From positions 122,283 through 186,282 of the forward strand of contig CAZFNI010000001.1 in NCBI GenBank assembly GCA_964520655.1: a DNA stretch of 64,000 nucleotides, written 5' to 3'. This document shows, one piece after another, positions 9,934 through 20,170 of the stretch. How positions within the stretch are numbered: the stretch's first letter is position 1; each line of letters begins with the position of its first letter. This DNA is from an uncultured Planctomycetales bacterium (GTDB lineage: Bacteria; Omnitrophota; Gorgyraeia; Zapsychrales; Fredricksoniimonadaceae). The notes under the pieces were generated by a model, which was given only the letters and a program-made list of their open reading frames with translations, searched no databases and was not told the DNA's origin. The position numbers and the translations under genes are program-made.

Positions 9934-10006
9934 GGGCCATTAGCTCATCCGGTAGAGCATCTGACTCTTAATCAGAGGGTGGCAGGTTCGAGTCCTGCAT
10001 GGCCCA
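9934..10006 (+). tRNA. tRNA-Lys (anticodon CTT), CCA not encoded
   Basis: Acceptor stem GGGCCAT/ATGGCCC. D-arm GCTCATCCGGTAGAGC. Anticodon stem TCTGA/TCAGA with loop CTCTTAA (anticodon CUU). T-arm GGTTCGAGTCC. Confidence 0.9.
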
Positions 10007-10038
10007 TGTTTTCAACCTCCAACTAAAGACGATCAAAC

Positions 10039-10845
10039 ATGGACATCCCATCACTTCAGAAAAAATCAATTGTCATGCGTCGTGATATCCTGGAAATGCT
10101 CGAAGGAGCAGGGTCAGGGCATCCGGGCGGTTCCTTATCAGCTGTTGAGATCATGCTGGCTCTTTACGGCCATGCTCTTAAACATGACCCCAAGAACCCC
10201 AAATGGGAAGAACGCGACCGCGTGATTGTTTCCAAAGGGCATGTGTCTCCTGTCGTGTATGTGACGCTGGCGAATTTTGGATATTTCCCCAAAGATGAAT
10301 TGAAAACCTTCCGTAAATTCGGTGCCCGTTTACAAGGGCATGTGCATACTAAAGTCCCGGGTATTGAATTTAACTCCGGTTCCCTTGGGCATGGTTTGTC
10401 TTACGCCAACGGCATTGCCCTGGGCGCGCGCATGCGCAAGAAAAGTTTTCGGACATTCTGTCTGATGGGCGACGGAGAGATCCAGGAAGGCAGTGTTTGG
10501 GAAGCGGCCATGACAGCGGCGCATTTTAAATTGAATAATGTTTGCGCGATCGTTGATTACAACAAGGTCCAGGAGAACGGGCCGGTCAGCGAGATCAAGG
10601 GTTTAGAACCTTTAGGGAAAAAATGGTCTGCGTTTGGCTGGCATGTCTTTGAGGTCAACGGCCATGACATAAAGGAACTGGTGACCGCTTTGGATGAATT
10701 AAAGAACATTAAGGATAAGCCCTCCGTGATCATTGCGCACACGATCAAGGGTAAGGGTGTTTCTTTTATGGAAGGCAAATGCGCCTGGCACGGGAAAGCC
10801 CCGAATAAAGAACAATTGGCATTGGCCTTAACGGAGCTTGTATGA
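10039..10845 (+). CDS. transketolase, N-terminal (TPP-binding) subunit
   Basis: GSGHPGGSLS and GDGE TPP-binding motifs. Split-type transketolase. Confidence 0.9.
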   Translation: MDIPSLQKKSIVMRRDILEMLEGAGSGHPGGSLSAVEIMLALYGHALKHDPKNPKWEERDRVIVSKGHVSPVVYVTLANFGYFPKDELKTFRKFGARLQGHVHTKVPGIEFNSGSLGHGLSYANGIALGARMRKKSFRTFCLMGDGEIQEGSVWEAAMTAAHFKLNNVCAIVDYNKVQENGPVSEIKGLEPLGKKWSAFGWHVFEVNGHDIKELVTALDELKNIKDKPSVIIAHTIKGKGVSFMEGKCAWHGKAPNKEQLALALTELV

Positions 10846-11798
10846 TGACAACAGCGATGAAACCCACCCCGACACGTGATGGTTTCGGTGAAGAATTAGT
10901 GGCTTTAGGTAAAGTCAATCCGAATATCGTGGTCACTTCCGGTGATCTGGAAGATGCTACCCGCGCGGAGTATTTCAAGAAAGAATTCCCGGATCGTTTT
11001 TTTAATTTAGGGATCACTGAACAGGATGTGGTGGGGACGGCTGCTGGTTTAAGTACGCAAGGGTATGTTGCTTTTGCCACGTCATTCGCGGTGTTCTTGA
11101 CCAACCGCGCTTACGACATGATCCGTCTTGATGTTTGCTACAACAATTGCAATGTGAAAGTCGTCTGTTCTCACGGCGGGGTAACGGTCGGGGAAGACGG
11201 GGCCAGCGCTCAGTGCTTGGAAGATTTTGCCATCATGCGCGTGCTGCCCAACATGAAAGTCATTTGTCCGGCCGATTATATCGAAGCCAAGAAAGCCACG
11301 CGGGCGATCACGGAAACATTCGGTCCGTTCTATATGCGCACATCCCGCGCGCCGCTTCCGATCATCACCAAGGAATCGGATGCATTTGTGATCGGTAAGG
11401 CTAATACGCTTAAGGAAGGTAAGTCAGCGACGATCATTGCCTGCGGGGTCATGGTGGCTCAGGCTTTAAGCGCTGCCGAGAAATTAGCTCAGGAAAACAT
11501 TGATGTACGCGTGATTAACATGCACACCATCAAGCCCATCGACGAAGCTGCTGTCATTGCCGCGGCCAAAGAGACCGGCGCGATCGTGACTGCGGAAGAG
11601 CACCAATCCATTGGTGGTTTGGGTTCTGCGGTAGCGGAAGTGCTTAGCCAGAATTTCCCGGCCCCTTTATCAATCGTTGGCGTGCGTGACAGTTTTGGGG
11701 AAAGCGGAACGCCGGATCAACTGTTGGCACATTATGGATTAAAAGATACCAATATCATTGAAGCTGTGAAAAAGACCATCAGCCGTAAGAAAAAATAA
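10842..11798 (+). CDS. transketolase, C-terminal (pyrimidine-binding) subunit
   Basis: Overlaps the N-subunit by 4 nt. Typical transketolase C-terminal half. Confidence 0.9.
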   Translation: MMTTAMKPTPTRDGFGEELVALGKVNPNIVVTSGDLEDATRAEYFKKEFPDRFFNLGITEQDVVGTAAGLSTQGYVAFATSFAVFLTNRAYDMIRLDVCYNNCNVKVVCSHGGVTVGEDGASAQCLEDFAIMRVLPNMKVICPADYIEAKKATRAITETFGPFYMRTSRAPLPIITKESDAFVIGKANTLKEGKSATIIACGVMVAQALSAAEKLAQENIDVRVINMHTIKPIDEAAVIAAAKETGAIVTAEEHQSIGGLGSAVAEVLSQNFPAPLSIVGVRDSFGESGTPDQLLAHYGLKDTNIIEAVKKTISRKKK

Positions 11799-11810
11799 TA
11801 GCGAGGGTTT

Positions 11811-12911
11811 ATGGCAACTTTAAGAATGTCAGAAGTCGCAGCACTGGGGCAGAGTTTATGGCTGGACAATATCAATCGTTCCATGATCGCCTCCGGACAA
11901 TTGAAGTCCTTGATCGAAAAGGGCCTGCGCGGACAAACGTCCAATCCCGCGATCTTCAAACAAGCCATCGCCAACAGTAATGATTATGATAAGCATATCG
12001 TGCAATTGACCGAACAGGGCAAGTCGGTTTTCCAGGTCTACGATGTATTGACCATAAAAGATGTGCAGGAAGCTGCTGATCAGTTCAAGGGTGTTTATGA
12101 GTCGACCCGCGGCCTGGATGGTTATGTCAGTTTGGAGATCAATCCTAAGCTGGCTAATGAGTTTGAAAGCCAGCTGGCGGAAGGCGTGCGTTTATGGAAG
12201 GCGCTTGCCCGTCCTAATGTGATGATCAAAGTGCCGGCGACTAAGAATGGCTGCAGGGTGGTCGAGGGATTGATCGCTCAGGGCATTAACGTGAATGTGA
12301 CGCTGATATTCTCAGCGGAACAATACAGCGATGTGACGCGCGCGTATATCAAAGGGTTAAAGACCTTGGCCGTCAATAAAGGCGATCTAAGTCGGGTTCG
12401 TTCCGTAGCCAGCGTTTTTGTCAGCCGCCTGGATACTTCGATTGATAAATGGCTGGATGAGAATAAGCAAAGCACGCTGCGCGGGAAAGCCGCTGTCGCG
12501 AATTGCGAGATCATTTATCACAAATACACCAAGGAATTTGGCAGTGCCGATTTCAAGGAATTACAGGCCAAAGGGGCGCATGACCAGCGCGTTTTATGGG
12601 CCTCGACGGGCACAAAAGATGCCGCCTACAGCGACATCAAATATATTACGGAGTTGATCGCCAAAAATACGGTCAACACGGTTCCGGATAAAACATTGGA
12701 AGCATTCTGCGATCACGGGATCATCAAGATCGCTTTGCCTGCGGATGTATCTAAAGCCCAGCACCATATCGAACACTTGCGTCAACTGGGGATAGATCCC
12801 AATGTGGTATGTTTGAAATTGCTGGAGGATGGCTTAGTCGCTTTTGAGAAGTCTTTTGAAGAGCTCTTGGCTTCGATCGAGAAGAAATCTCACGCATTGA
12901 TCAAGAGTTAA
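11811..12911 (+). CDS. tal: transaldolase
   Basis: About 366 aa, starting SLWLDNINR. Central MIKVPAT active-site lysine region. Confidence 0.85.
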   Translation: MATLRMSEVAALGQSLWLDNINRSMIASGQLKSLIEKGLRGQTSNPAIFKQAIANSNDYDKHIVQLTEQGKSVFQVYDVLTIKDVQEAADQFKGVYESTRGLDGYVSLEINPKLANEFESQLAEGVRLWKALARPNVMIKVPATKNGCRVVEGLIAQGINVNVTLIFSAEQYSDVTRAYIKGLKTLAVNKGDLSRVRSVASVFVSRLDTSIDKWLDENKQSTLRGKAAVANCEIIYHKYTKEFGSADFKELQAKGAHDQRVLWASTGTKDAAYSDIKYITELIAKNTVNTVPDKTLEAFCDHGIIKIALPADVSKAQHHIEHLRQLGIDPNVVCLKLLEDGLVAFEKSFEELLASIEKKSHALIKS

Positions 12912-12931
12912 TGGTGTAAACGAGCATTTAA

Positions 12932-12965
12932 GCCCCGCCAGGAAGATCTGGCGGGGCTTTTTTAT
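12932..12965 (+). terminator. Rho-independent terminator after tal
   Basis: GCCCCGCCA-loop-TGGCGGGGC followed by TTTTTATT. Confidence 0.65.
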
Positions 12966-13062
12966 TGCCTAAAAAAGTTAGAAAATAGCGTTCATGCCAG
13001 AGGTTTGGGCTTATAATATCATTAATTCATGTGGATCAACCTTACTTACTCAAGGAGGTTCA

Positions 13063-13740
13063 ATGAGCACATTAGAGATGATCTTAGTCCCGCCCACAAA
13101 ATTATTATTAACTCAAATGACACAGTTCGTAAGCAGTTTGCTCCTGGTTTTTATTTTGTTGCTGATCGGATGGATCATTTCCGGTTTTGTGATCAAGAAC
13201 GGGATCACGAATTTATTAAAGCTCTTGAAAGTGGATAAAATGGCAGACAAGTTGGAGATCGACCGTATCTTGGCTAAGGGAGGGATCACCATCCCTGTCT
13301 CGGAATTGGTGGGGAATATCTGTTATTGGCTGGCCATTTTGATCACTTTTGTTGTTGCGGTCAATGCAGTTGGATTGACGGTGGCTGCGGAATTGCTGCA
13401 GCGCATTGTGCTCTATGTTCCCAATATTATCTCCGCGATCTTCATTCTGGTTATTGGGATGTTCGTGTCCGCGTTACTGAAGAATGTCGTCAAGACAGCG
13501 ACAAGTAATGCAGGCATCGCGCAATCCAATTTTTTAAGCGGCATAGCGGAGGCTGTCGTGATCATTTTTGCCGTGGCCATTGCCATGGAACAGCTGCAGA
13601 TCGGCGCCAGGATCGTTGAGTTGACGATCAGCATTGTACTGGGATCGATCGGTCTGGGGTTTGCCATCGCCTTTGGTCTGGGCTGCAAGGACTTAGTCGG
13701 CAAATCGGTCGCGCACTTTATAGATAAATTAAAAAAGTAA
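13063..13740 (+). CDS. integral membrane protein (tandem conserved-TM-helix repeat; MscS-N-terminal-like)
   Basis: Strong RBS AAGGAGG before the ATG at 13063. -10 TATAAT at ~13012. Two repeated TM-hairpin units. The ORF track's 12994 start is less likely. Confidence 0.5.
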   Translation: MSTLEMILVPPTKLLLTQMTQFVSSLLLVFILLLIGWIISGFVIKNGITNLLKLLKVDKMADKLEIDRILAKGGITIPVSELVGNICYWLAILITFVVAVNAVGLTVAAELLQRIVLYVPNIISAIFILVIGMFVSALLKNVVKTATSNAGIAQSNFLSGIAEAVVIIFAVAIAMEQLQIGARIVELTISIVLGSIGLGFAIAFGLGCKDLVGKSVAHFIDKLKK

Positions 13741-13835
13741 TGACGAAATAAGTCAAAACAAAGGGGCTCAGCTGTTGGGTCTCTTTGTTTTTTTATGAAT
13801 CTTTCCTAGATAACCTTCCAAGAGTGTATTAAACT

Positions 13836-15323
13836 TTGAGTATGGATCCCTGGAGCAATATAACGTCTCTAACGTATAAGCAGATCAAAGACTTACAAAA
13901 TAAACAGCTTCATCATTTTTTAAATACTCACGTCTATCCATTCAGCCCTTTTTATCGGGCGAAATTTGATCACCATAAGATCGATCCGCGCAAGATACGT
14001 TCTATCGCGGATCTAAAAGACCTGCCGTTCTCCACAAAAGCGGATCTGATGACCAAGGAAAATCCAGCACAGTATAAGGATTTTATCCTGCAGCCGGATA
14101 AAGAGAAGATCAAAAAGTCGTGGCCGAAGTGGAAGCTGTTGGACTTGGCGGCCGAGACCATGATGTATGGTAAGGATCACGTCTCAGAGCGTATGGGGCG
14201 GGAGTATCGCCCGATCTTTATGACGTTTACCACCGGGACAACCAGCTGGCCGGTCGCTTTTCTATACAGCCGTTATGATCTGGATAATTTGAATCTCTCC
14301 GGCAGCCGCATGGTGAAATTGTTCGATATAAAGCCGGAAGAGCGCATCATGAATGTATTCCCTTTTGCTCCGCATTTAGCTTTCTGGCAGGTTTTTTTTG
14401 GCGCGGTGGAATCGAATGTCTTTGCCTTAAGTACCGGCGGAGGAAAAGTGATGGGGACAGAAGGTAATTTAACAGCCCTGACCCGCGTTCAAGCATCGGT
14501 GATCTTAGGGGTTCCCAGTTATATTTATCACCTGGTTCGTTATGCCAAAGATAAGGGCGTGGATCTGTCATTTTTAAAACGGATCGTTTTGGGCGCAGGG
14601 CGGGTGACTGTCAACTATAAACAAAAGCTGGCGGAGATGCTGGTATCACAGGGGGCCAAAGATGTGCGTATTTTTGGCACCTATGGGTTTACCGAAGCGA
14701 GGATGGCTTGGGGCGAGTGTCCGGCGGAGAATCATCTTTCCAGCGGATATCATCTTTATCCTGATAAAGAGATTTTCGAGATCATTGACCCCGAGACAGG
14801 GGCAGTGAAAGGTCTTGGGGAAGACGGCGAGATCGTTTACACCTCGATCGATTCCCGCGCTAGCGTCGTGTTGCGTTATAGGACCGGGGATTATGTCAAA
14901 GGCGGTATCGTCCATGAACCTTGTCCTTTTTGCGGTCGCATGACCTTGCGATTATCCAGCGATATTTCCCGTTTGTCGGATTCAAAAGACCTTCAACTCT
15001 CAAAAGTCAAAGGGACTTTGGTTAATCTCAATCATTTTGGCAATGTCTTAAACGATATCCCGCAAGTCGATGAATGGCAGCTGGAGATACGTAAACATAA
15101 TAATGACCCATATGAAGTTGATGAGGTGGTCGTTTATATAACTCCTAAAGAGAATGTTGATGAAAGTGCTTTTGCGGCCATGCTTAAAGATCGCATCATG
15201 GGCGCGACGGAGGTGGCCCCCAATGAGGTTAAATTCATCCCGCTGCCGGAAATGATCAAGAAGTTGGAGCTTGAGACAGCTAATAAGGAAAAACGCATTT
15301 TAGATGTTCGACCGAAAGGATAA
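13836..15323 (+). CDS. adenylate-forming enzyme, phenylacetate-CoA ligase (PaaK/CapK/F390-synthetase) family
   Basis: AMP-binding-like P-loop FTTGTTSWP is degenerate (no Lys). Conserved YGFTEA and GDY blocks. Sits at the head of a beta-oxidation block. Confidence 0.65.
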   Translation: MSMDPWSNITSLTYKQIKDLQNKQLHHFLNTHVYPFSPFYRAKFDHHKIDPRKIRSIADLKDLPFSTKADLMTKENPAQYKDFILQPDKEKIKKSWPKWKLLDLAAETMMYGKDHVSERMGREYRPIFMTFTTGTTSWPVAFLYSRYDLDNLNLSGSRMVKLFDIKPEERIMNVFPFAPHLAFWQVFFGAVESNVFALSTGGGKVMGTEGNLTALTRVQASVILGVPSYIYHLVRYAKDKGVDLSFLKRIVLGAGRVTVNYKQKLAEMLVSQGAKDVRIFGTYGFTEARMAWGECPAENHLSSGYHLYPDKEIFEIIDPETGAVKGLGEDGEIVYTSIDSRASVVLRYRTGDYVKGGIVHEPCPFCGRMTLRLSSDISRLSDSKDLQLSKVKGTLVNLNHFGNVLNDIPQVDEWQLEIRKHNNDPYEVDEVVVYITPKENVDESAFAAMLKDRIMGATEVAPNEVKFIPLPEMIKKLELETANKEKRILDVRPKG

Positions 15324-15326
15324 TCT

Positions 15327-16604
15327 ATGAAACGCATTGCTATCGTCGACGGTATCCGGACGCCATTTTGTAAAATGGGGACATCGTTCAATTATTTAAG
15401 CGCTGTGGACTTAGGGCGCATCGCTTTCCGTGAATTGATCGAGCGCAGCGCGTTGGATGTCAGGCAGGTCGATGAGGTTATATTAGGCTGCGTGGGCCAG
15501 CCGGCAGATGCGGCCAACATTGCCAGGGTTGTGGGGTTATTAAGCGGTATCCCTAAAACAACACCGGCCTTTACCGTTCACCGCAATTGTGCGTCGGGGA
15601 TGGAATCGGTCATTGACGCAGCGATCAAGATCCAGGCGGGTGAGGCTGAATGTATTTTAGCCGGCGGAACGGAGTCAATGAGCAATATCCCCTTCTTTTA
15701 TTCCAAAGAAGCGGTAGAGATCTTCATGGAACTTTCCCGTGCCAAGACACCGCTGGCACGGATACAGGCCTTTTTTAAGTTCCGTCCAAAACATTTGCTG
15801 GCGCCGCGCATCGGCTTGCAGTTGGGGTTGACCGATCCTGCCTGCGGGTTGAACATGGGGCAGACCGCGGAAGTTCTAGCGAAAGAATTCGGGATCACCC
15901 GCAAAGAACAGGATGAATTCGCCTTGCAGAGTCATTTGAAAGCATTGGCCAGTAAAGCGATATTGCGTGAAGAAATTGTGCCGGTGACGCCTGGTCCTAA
16001 ATTCAAAGAAACAGTGACCGACGATAATGGTCCCCGCGAAGGACAGACCATGGAAGCGTTGGCAAAATTAAAACCATTCTTTGAGCGTGTCACCGGAACA
16101 GTGACGGCGGGGAATGCCTCCCAGGTGACTGACGGCGCATGCGCCATTTTAGTCATGAGCGAAGACAAAGCCAAAGCGCTGGGGTATCAGCCGCTGGGGT
16201 ATTTGCGGTCATTTGCCTTTGCCGGTGTCGAGCCTAATCGTATGGGCATAGGTCCGGCACATGCTATGCCCAAAGCCTTAAAGCGGGCGGGACTGAAATT
16301 GTCCGACATGCAGGCGGTTGAGATCAATGAAGCTTTCGCGGTGCAGGTCCAGGCCTGTGTTAAGGCCATGGGTTCGTCATGCTTTGCCAAAGAGTTTGGT
16401 TATGAGGGGACCTTGGGAGATATAGACCCTAAAAAATTAAACGTCAACGGCGGGGCTATTGCTTTAGGACATCCGGTCGGGACGACGGGCGCGCGGCTGA
16501 TCGTGACGTTGCTCAAACATTTAAAACGCAGTAATTTGAATATTGGCATCGCTTCGCTGTGTATCGGCGGCGGTCAGGGCGCGGCGATCATTCTGGAACG
16601 ATAA
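15327..16604 (+). CDS. acetyl-CoA C-acyltransferase (thiolase)
   Basis: N-terminal NCASGM active Cys. C-terminal GHPVGTTGAR and CIGGGQG thiolase signatures. Confidence 0.9.
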   Translation: MKRIAIVDGIRTPFCKMGTSFNYLSAVDLGRIAFRELIERSALDVRQVDEVILGCVGQPADAANIARVVGLLSGIPKTTPAFTVHRNCASGMESVIDAAIKIQAGEAECILAGGTESMSNIPFFYSKEAVEIFMELSRAKTPLARIQAFFKFRPKHLLAPRIGLQLGLTDPACGLNMGQTAEVLAKEFGITRKEQDEFALQSHLKALASKAILREEIVPVTPGPKFKETVTDDNGPREGQTMEALAKLKPFFERVTGTVTAGNASQVTDGACAILVMSEDKAKALGYQPLGYLRSFAFAGVEPNRMGIGPAHAMPKALKRAGLKLSDMQAVEINEAFAVQVQACVKAMGSSCFAKEFGYEGTLGDIDPKKLNVNGGAIALGHPVGTTGARLIVTLLKHLKRSNLNIGIASLCIGGGQGAAIILER

Positions 16605-16621
16605 ACGTAAGGAGAAGAATA

Positions 16622-18040
16622 ATGAACGCATTATGGATATTATTGGCTGTTGCAGTCTTCCCTGGGTTTGCGCAGGCTTCAGTCCTGACCAGTACGTTGG
16701 ATGACCAGGATGGTGTTGAGGTCACGGTGTATAACAGCAATCTGGGCCTGGTCAAGGATACGCGTCATTTTAAGGTCGCCAGCGGCGCTAATGAATTGCG
16801 TTTCATGGATGTAGCTTCAGCGATCATGCCCCAAACGGTACAGATCAAGGCGCTTAATAATGCGGAAAATTTTTCCGTGTTGGAACAGAATTATGAATAT
16901 GACTTAATGGATTCAGCCAAGTTAATGGAAAAATATGTCGGCAAGACGATAAAACTTTTGCGTGAGAACCCGTATCAGGACAAGAAAGAGATCGTTGATG
17001 CGACATTGTTAAGCTATAACAATGGCCCTATCTATAAGATCGGCGATGAGATCTATCTTAATTACGGCGGGCAGCCGATATTGCCCAAGATCCCCGAGAA
17101 TTTGGTATCAAAGCCGACATTGACCTGGCTGTACAAATCTAAAAATGATCTAAACCAAAGCGTTCAGGTCTCGTATTTAACCAACGGTATCAATTGGAAA
17201 GCGGATTATATCGTTGTGGTCAACCAGGCGGACAATGAGGGAAATATCAGCGGCTGGGTGACGCTCGATAATAACAGCGGCACGCAATATAAGGGAGCAA
17301 AACTAAAATTGGTGGCAGGGACGGTGAATCGAGTCCAGAACGTTGGATATGCGGCCCGTCGTAATGTCTTAATGGAAAAAGCGATGGCGATGGATGCTGC
17401 ATCCGAAGGCTTTGCGGAACAGTCATTCTTTGAATATCATATTTATGATCTTCAGCGTAAAACAACGATCAAGAATAACCAAAGCAAACAGGTCAGTTTG
17501 CTGGAAGCATCCAATGTGAAGATGGAAAAAGAATTTTTGGTGGCGGCTGACCAAAATTATTACTGGGGCAATTACGGCAGCCAGGAGATCAAGCAGCCGG
17601 TCAATGTATATCTGAAATTCCGCAACTCCAAAGAGAATCAGATGGGTATGCCTCTTCCGGCGGGAACCATGCGCTTGTATAAGGAAGATGGTCAAAAAAG
17701 TCTGCAATTCATCGGTGAGGATGCGATCAAGCACACTCCCAAAGATGAAGATGTGGAGATCAAGGTCGGAGAGGCTTTCGATGTGGTGGCTAAGCGTGTG
17801 CAGATGAATTATACCCAGAACAGCAATTACTATGAGATGACCTGGGAATTGACCGCGCGCAACCACAAGACGGAAGACATCACGGTCACATTTAAAGAGC
17901 CTCTGACGGGTGACTGGCGTATTATCACCAGCAGCCATCCCTATAAAAAGGTTGATTCCAATACCGCGCGTTTTGATGTATTAGTTCCCAAAGATGGGGA
18001 AGTGAAAGTTTCATATAGGGTCAGTATCCGACGAAACTAA
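16622..18040 (+). CDS. exported DUF4139 (mucoidy-inhibitor-A-like) protein
   Basis: RBS AAGGAGAAG before the ATG at 16622. Signal peptide MNALWILLAVAVFPGFAQA. The VEVTVYNSNLGLV start is typical of DUF4139. The ORF track start 16559 overlaps the thiolase. Confidence 0.55.
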   Translation: MNALWILLAVAVFPGFAQASVLTSTLDDQDGVEVTVYNSNLGLVKDTRHFKVASGANELRFMDVASAIMPQTVQIKALNNAENFSVLEQNYEYDLMDSAKLMEKYVGKTIKLLRENPYQDKKEIVDATLLSYNNGPIYKIGDEIYLNYGGQPILPKIPENLVSKPTLTWLYKSKNDLNQSVQVSYLTNGINWKADYIVVVNQADNEGNISGWVTLDNNSGTQYKGAKLKLVAGTVNRVQNVGYAARRNVLMEKAMAMDAASEGFAEQSFFEYHIYDLQRKTTIKNNQSKQVSLLEASNVKMEKEFLVAADQNYYWGNYGSQEIKQPVNVYLKFRNSKENQMGMPLPAGTMRLYKEDGQKSLQFIGEDAIKHTPKDEDVEIKVGEAFDVVAKRVQMNYTQNSNYYEMTWELTARNHKTEDITVTFKEPLTGDWRIITSSHPYKKVDSNTARFDVLVPKDGEVKVSYRVSIRRN

Positions 18041-18049
18041 GGAGCCATT

Positions 18050-20167
18050 ATGTCTGTAAATTACCGCGAAGAAGCAAGCATTGGCTATATCACTTTTGAT
18101 CTGCCGGATTCGAAAGTCAATGTCTTAAGCACACAGATCTTGACCGCCTTTGAGAAAGTGATCGATGAATTCAAGAATACCTCCGCGATCAAGGTTTTAG
18201 TCATCCAAAGCGCCAAGAAGGATATCTTTATCGCCGGCGCTGATATCAAAGAGATCGAGACGATGACTCAGATCCTCGACGCGAAATCCAAGGCCCAGGC
18301 GGGGCAGCGCATTTTAAATAAATTGGAAGACCTTCCTATCCCGACCATTGCGGTCATTGACGGAGCGGCTTTAGGGGGAGGGTGCGAGTTAGCGTTGGCG
18401 TGTACATACCGCGTTGCGACTTTTAGTGATAAGGTGCGTATTGGACTTCCTGAAGTGAATCTTGGTTTTGTTCCGGGTTTTGGTGGTACATACCGTATGC
18501 CTCGGCTGGTAGGCTTGCAAGGGGCATTAAAGTTGATCTTATCCGGCGCACCCATTGATGCTCAGGCATCGCTTAAGATGGGGTTGGTCGATGCGTTATA
18601 TCCCCAGACGGGATTAGCGGATCGTGTCAGGGAGTTCGCGCTTGCGGCAGGCGCCAGTCCCCGAAAAAGGATCGTTAAGAAAATTACCAAAAAGGGATTT
18701 GATGCCTTCTTAGACAATAATCCATTTGGCCAGGATATTGTTTTTGGAAAATCACGCGAAGGAGTTCTTAAGGCCACTAAAGGGTTTTATCCCGCTCCCT
18801 TAAAGGCGTTGGAAGTCATCAAGAAAACGGTCGGCTTAAAACGAGCCTATGCGCTGGACATTGAATCCAGTGCTTTCGCCGAACTTGCGGTGACGCCGAT
18901 CTCGAAGAATTTGGTGAAAGTATTTTATATGTCGGAGAAATTCAAGAAACTATCGATCCCTGGAATGGAAAACATTAAAGCAATGCCTGTCAAGAAGGGG
19001 GCGGTCATCGGTGCCGGTATTATGGGGGGCGGCATTGCGCAGTTATTGTCCAACCGCGGGGTTTGGGTGCGGATAAAGGATATTAATTATGATGCGGTGG
19101 CTAAGGGATTGAAAGCGGCCTATGATGTCTATGCCGCGGCGATGAAGCGGCGGAAATTAAAACCGGCTGATCTGAACATTAAGATGTCGATGATCAGCGG
19201 CACGCTTGATTACAGTGGATTTAAGGATGCGGATATTGTGATTGAAGCGGTCGTTGAGAATATGGATATCAAGAAAAAAGTTTTTGCGGAAATTGGGAAC
19301 CAGGTCCATGCCCAGACGATCCTGGCGACAAACACATCGTCGCTGTCAGTGACCCAGATGGCGAGCGTAGCTAAAGATCCATCCAAGGTCATCGGGTTCC
19401 ATTTTTTCAATCCGGTGCATCGGATGCCGCTAATAGAGATCATCACCACGTCAAAAACATCACCAGAGACACTTGTCTCAACACTTGAGTTTGCCAAACG
19501 TTTGGGAAAAGTCCCGGTCGTTGTCAAAGACGGGCCTGGTTTTCTGGTCAACCGTATTTTATTGGGTTATATCAATGAAGCTGGGCGTATCTTGGAAGAG
19601 GGGGCTAATATTGAGACCGTTGACAGGATCGCTGTTAAGTTTGGTATGCCTATGGGGCCGTTCACCTTGGCGGATGAGGTTGGGCTGGATGTAGGGGTTA
19701 AAGTCTTGCATATCCTCGAGGCGGGATTAGGTGCGCGTTTTAAGGCGGTGCCAATTTTTGATAAGGTAATTGAGAAAAAATTATTAGGCAAGAAAAGCGG
19801 TAAAGGGTTTTATGTGCACGGCAAAGAACGTGTGGTCAACCCAGAAGCGGCTTCGTTGGTCCGCGGCGGATCGGGAGTAAGCTCCCAAGATGCGTTAGAC
19901 CGCATGATGTATATCATGGTCAATGAAGCAGCGATGATCCTGGAGGAAGGGATCGTGGATAGTGCGGATACGGTTGATGTCGGCATGATCATGGGGACGG
20001 GCTTCCCCCCGTTTAGAGGTGGGCTGTTGCGTTACGCGGACAGCATCGGCATTGCCGTGGTTGTTAAAACCATGGAAACTTTTGAGACAAAATTCAAAGA
20101 CGGTCGTTTTAAACCATGTCAATATTTGCAAAAATTATATAAAGAGGGGAAAGGTTTTTACCAATAG
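18050..20167 (+). CDS. fatty-acid oxidation multifunctional enzyme (enoyl-CoA hydratase / 3-hydroxyacyl-CoA dehydrogenase, FadB/FadJ type)
   Basis: N-terminal crotonase fold (AVIDGAALGGGCELALAC). NAD-binding GAGIMGGGIA in the C-terminal HAD domain. Confidence 0.9.
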   Translation: MSVNYREEASIGYITFDLPDSKVNVLSTQILTAFEKVIDEFKNTSAIKVLVIQSAKKDIFIAGADIKEIETMTQILDAKSKAQAGQRILNKLEDLPIPTIAVIDGAALGGGCELALACTYRVATFSDKVRIGLPEVNLGFVPGFGGTYRMPRLVGLQGALKLILSGAPIDAQASLKMGLVDALYPQTGLADRVREFALAAGASPRKRIVKKITKKGFDAFLDNNPFGQDIVFGKSREGVLKATKGFYPAPLKALEVIKKTVGLKRAYALDIESSAFAELAVTPISKNLVKVFYMSEKFKKLSIPGMENIKAMPVKKGAVIGAGIMGGGIAQLLSNRGVWVRIKDINYDAVAKGLKAAYDVYAAAMKRRKLKPADLNIKMSMISGTLDYSGFKDADIVIEAVVENMDIKKKVFAEIGNQVHAQTILATNTSSLSVTQMASVAKDPSKVIGFHFFNPVHRMPLIEIITTSKTSPETLVSTLEFAKRLGKVPVVVKDGPGFLVNRILLGYINEAGRILEEGANIETVDRIAVKFGMPMGPFTLADEVGLDVGVKVLHILEAGLGARFKAVPIFDKVIEKKLLGKKSGKGFYVHGKERVVNPEAASLVRGGSGVSSQDALDRMMYIMVNEAAMILEEGIVDSADTVDVGMIMGTGFPPFRGGLLRYADSIGIAVVVKTMETFETKFKDGRFKPCQYLQKLYKEGKGFYQ

Positions 20168-20170
20168 GCT

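Noticed and set aside
9739-10026. 95-aa ORF spanning the tRNA-Lys gene
   Set aside because: It contains the complete tRNA sequence, so the reading frame is spurious.
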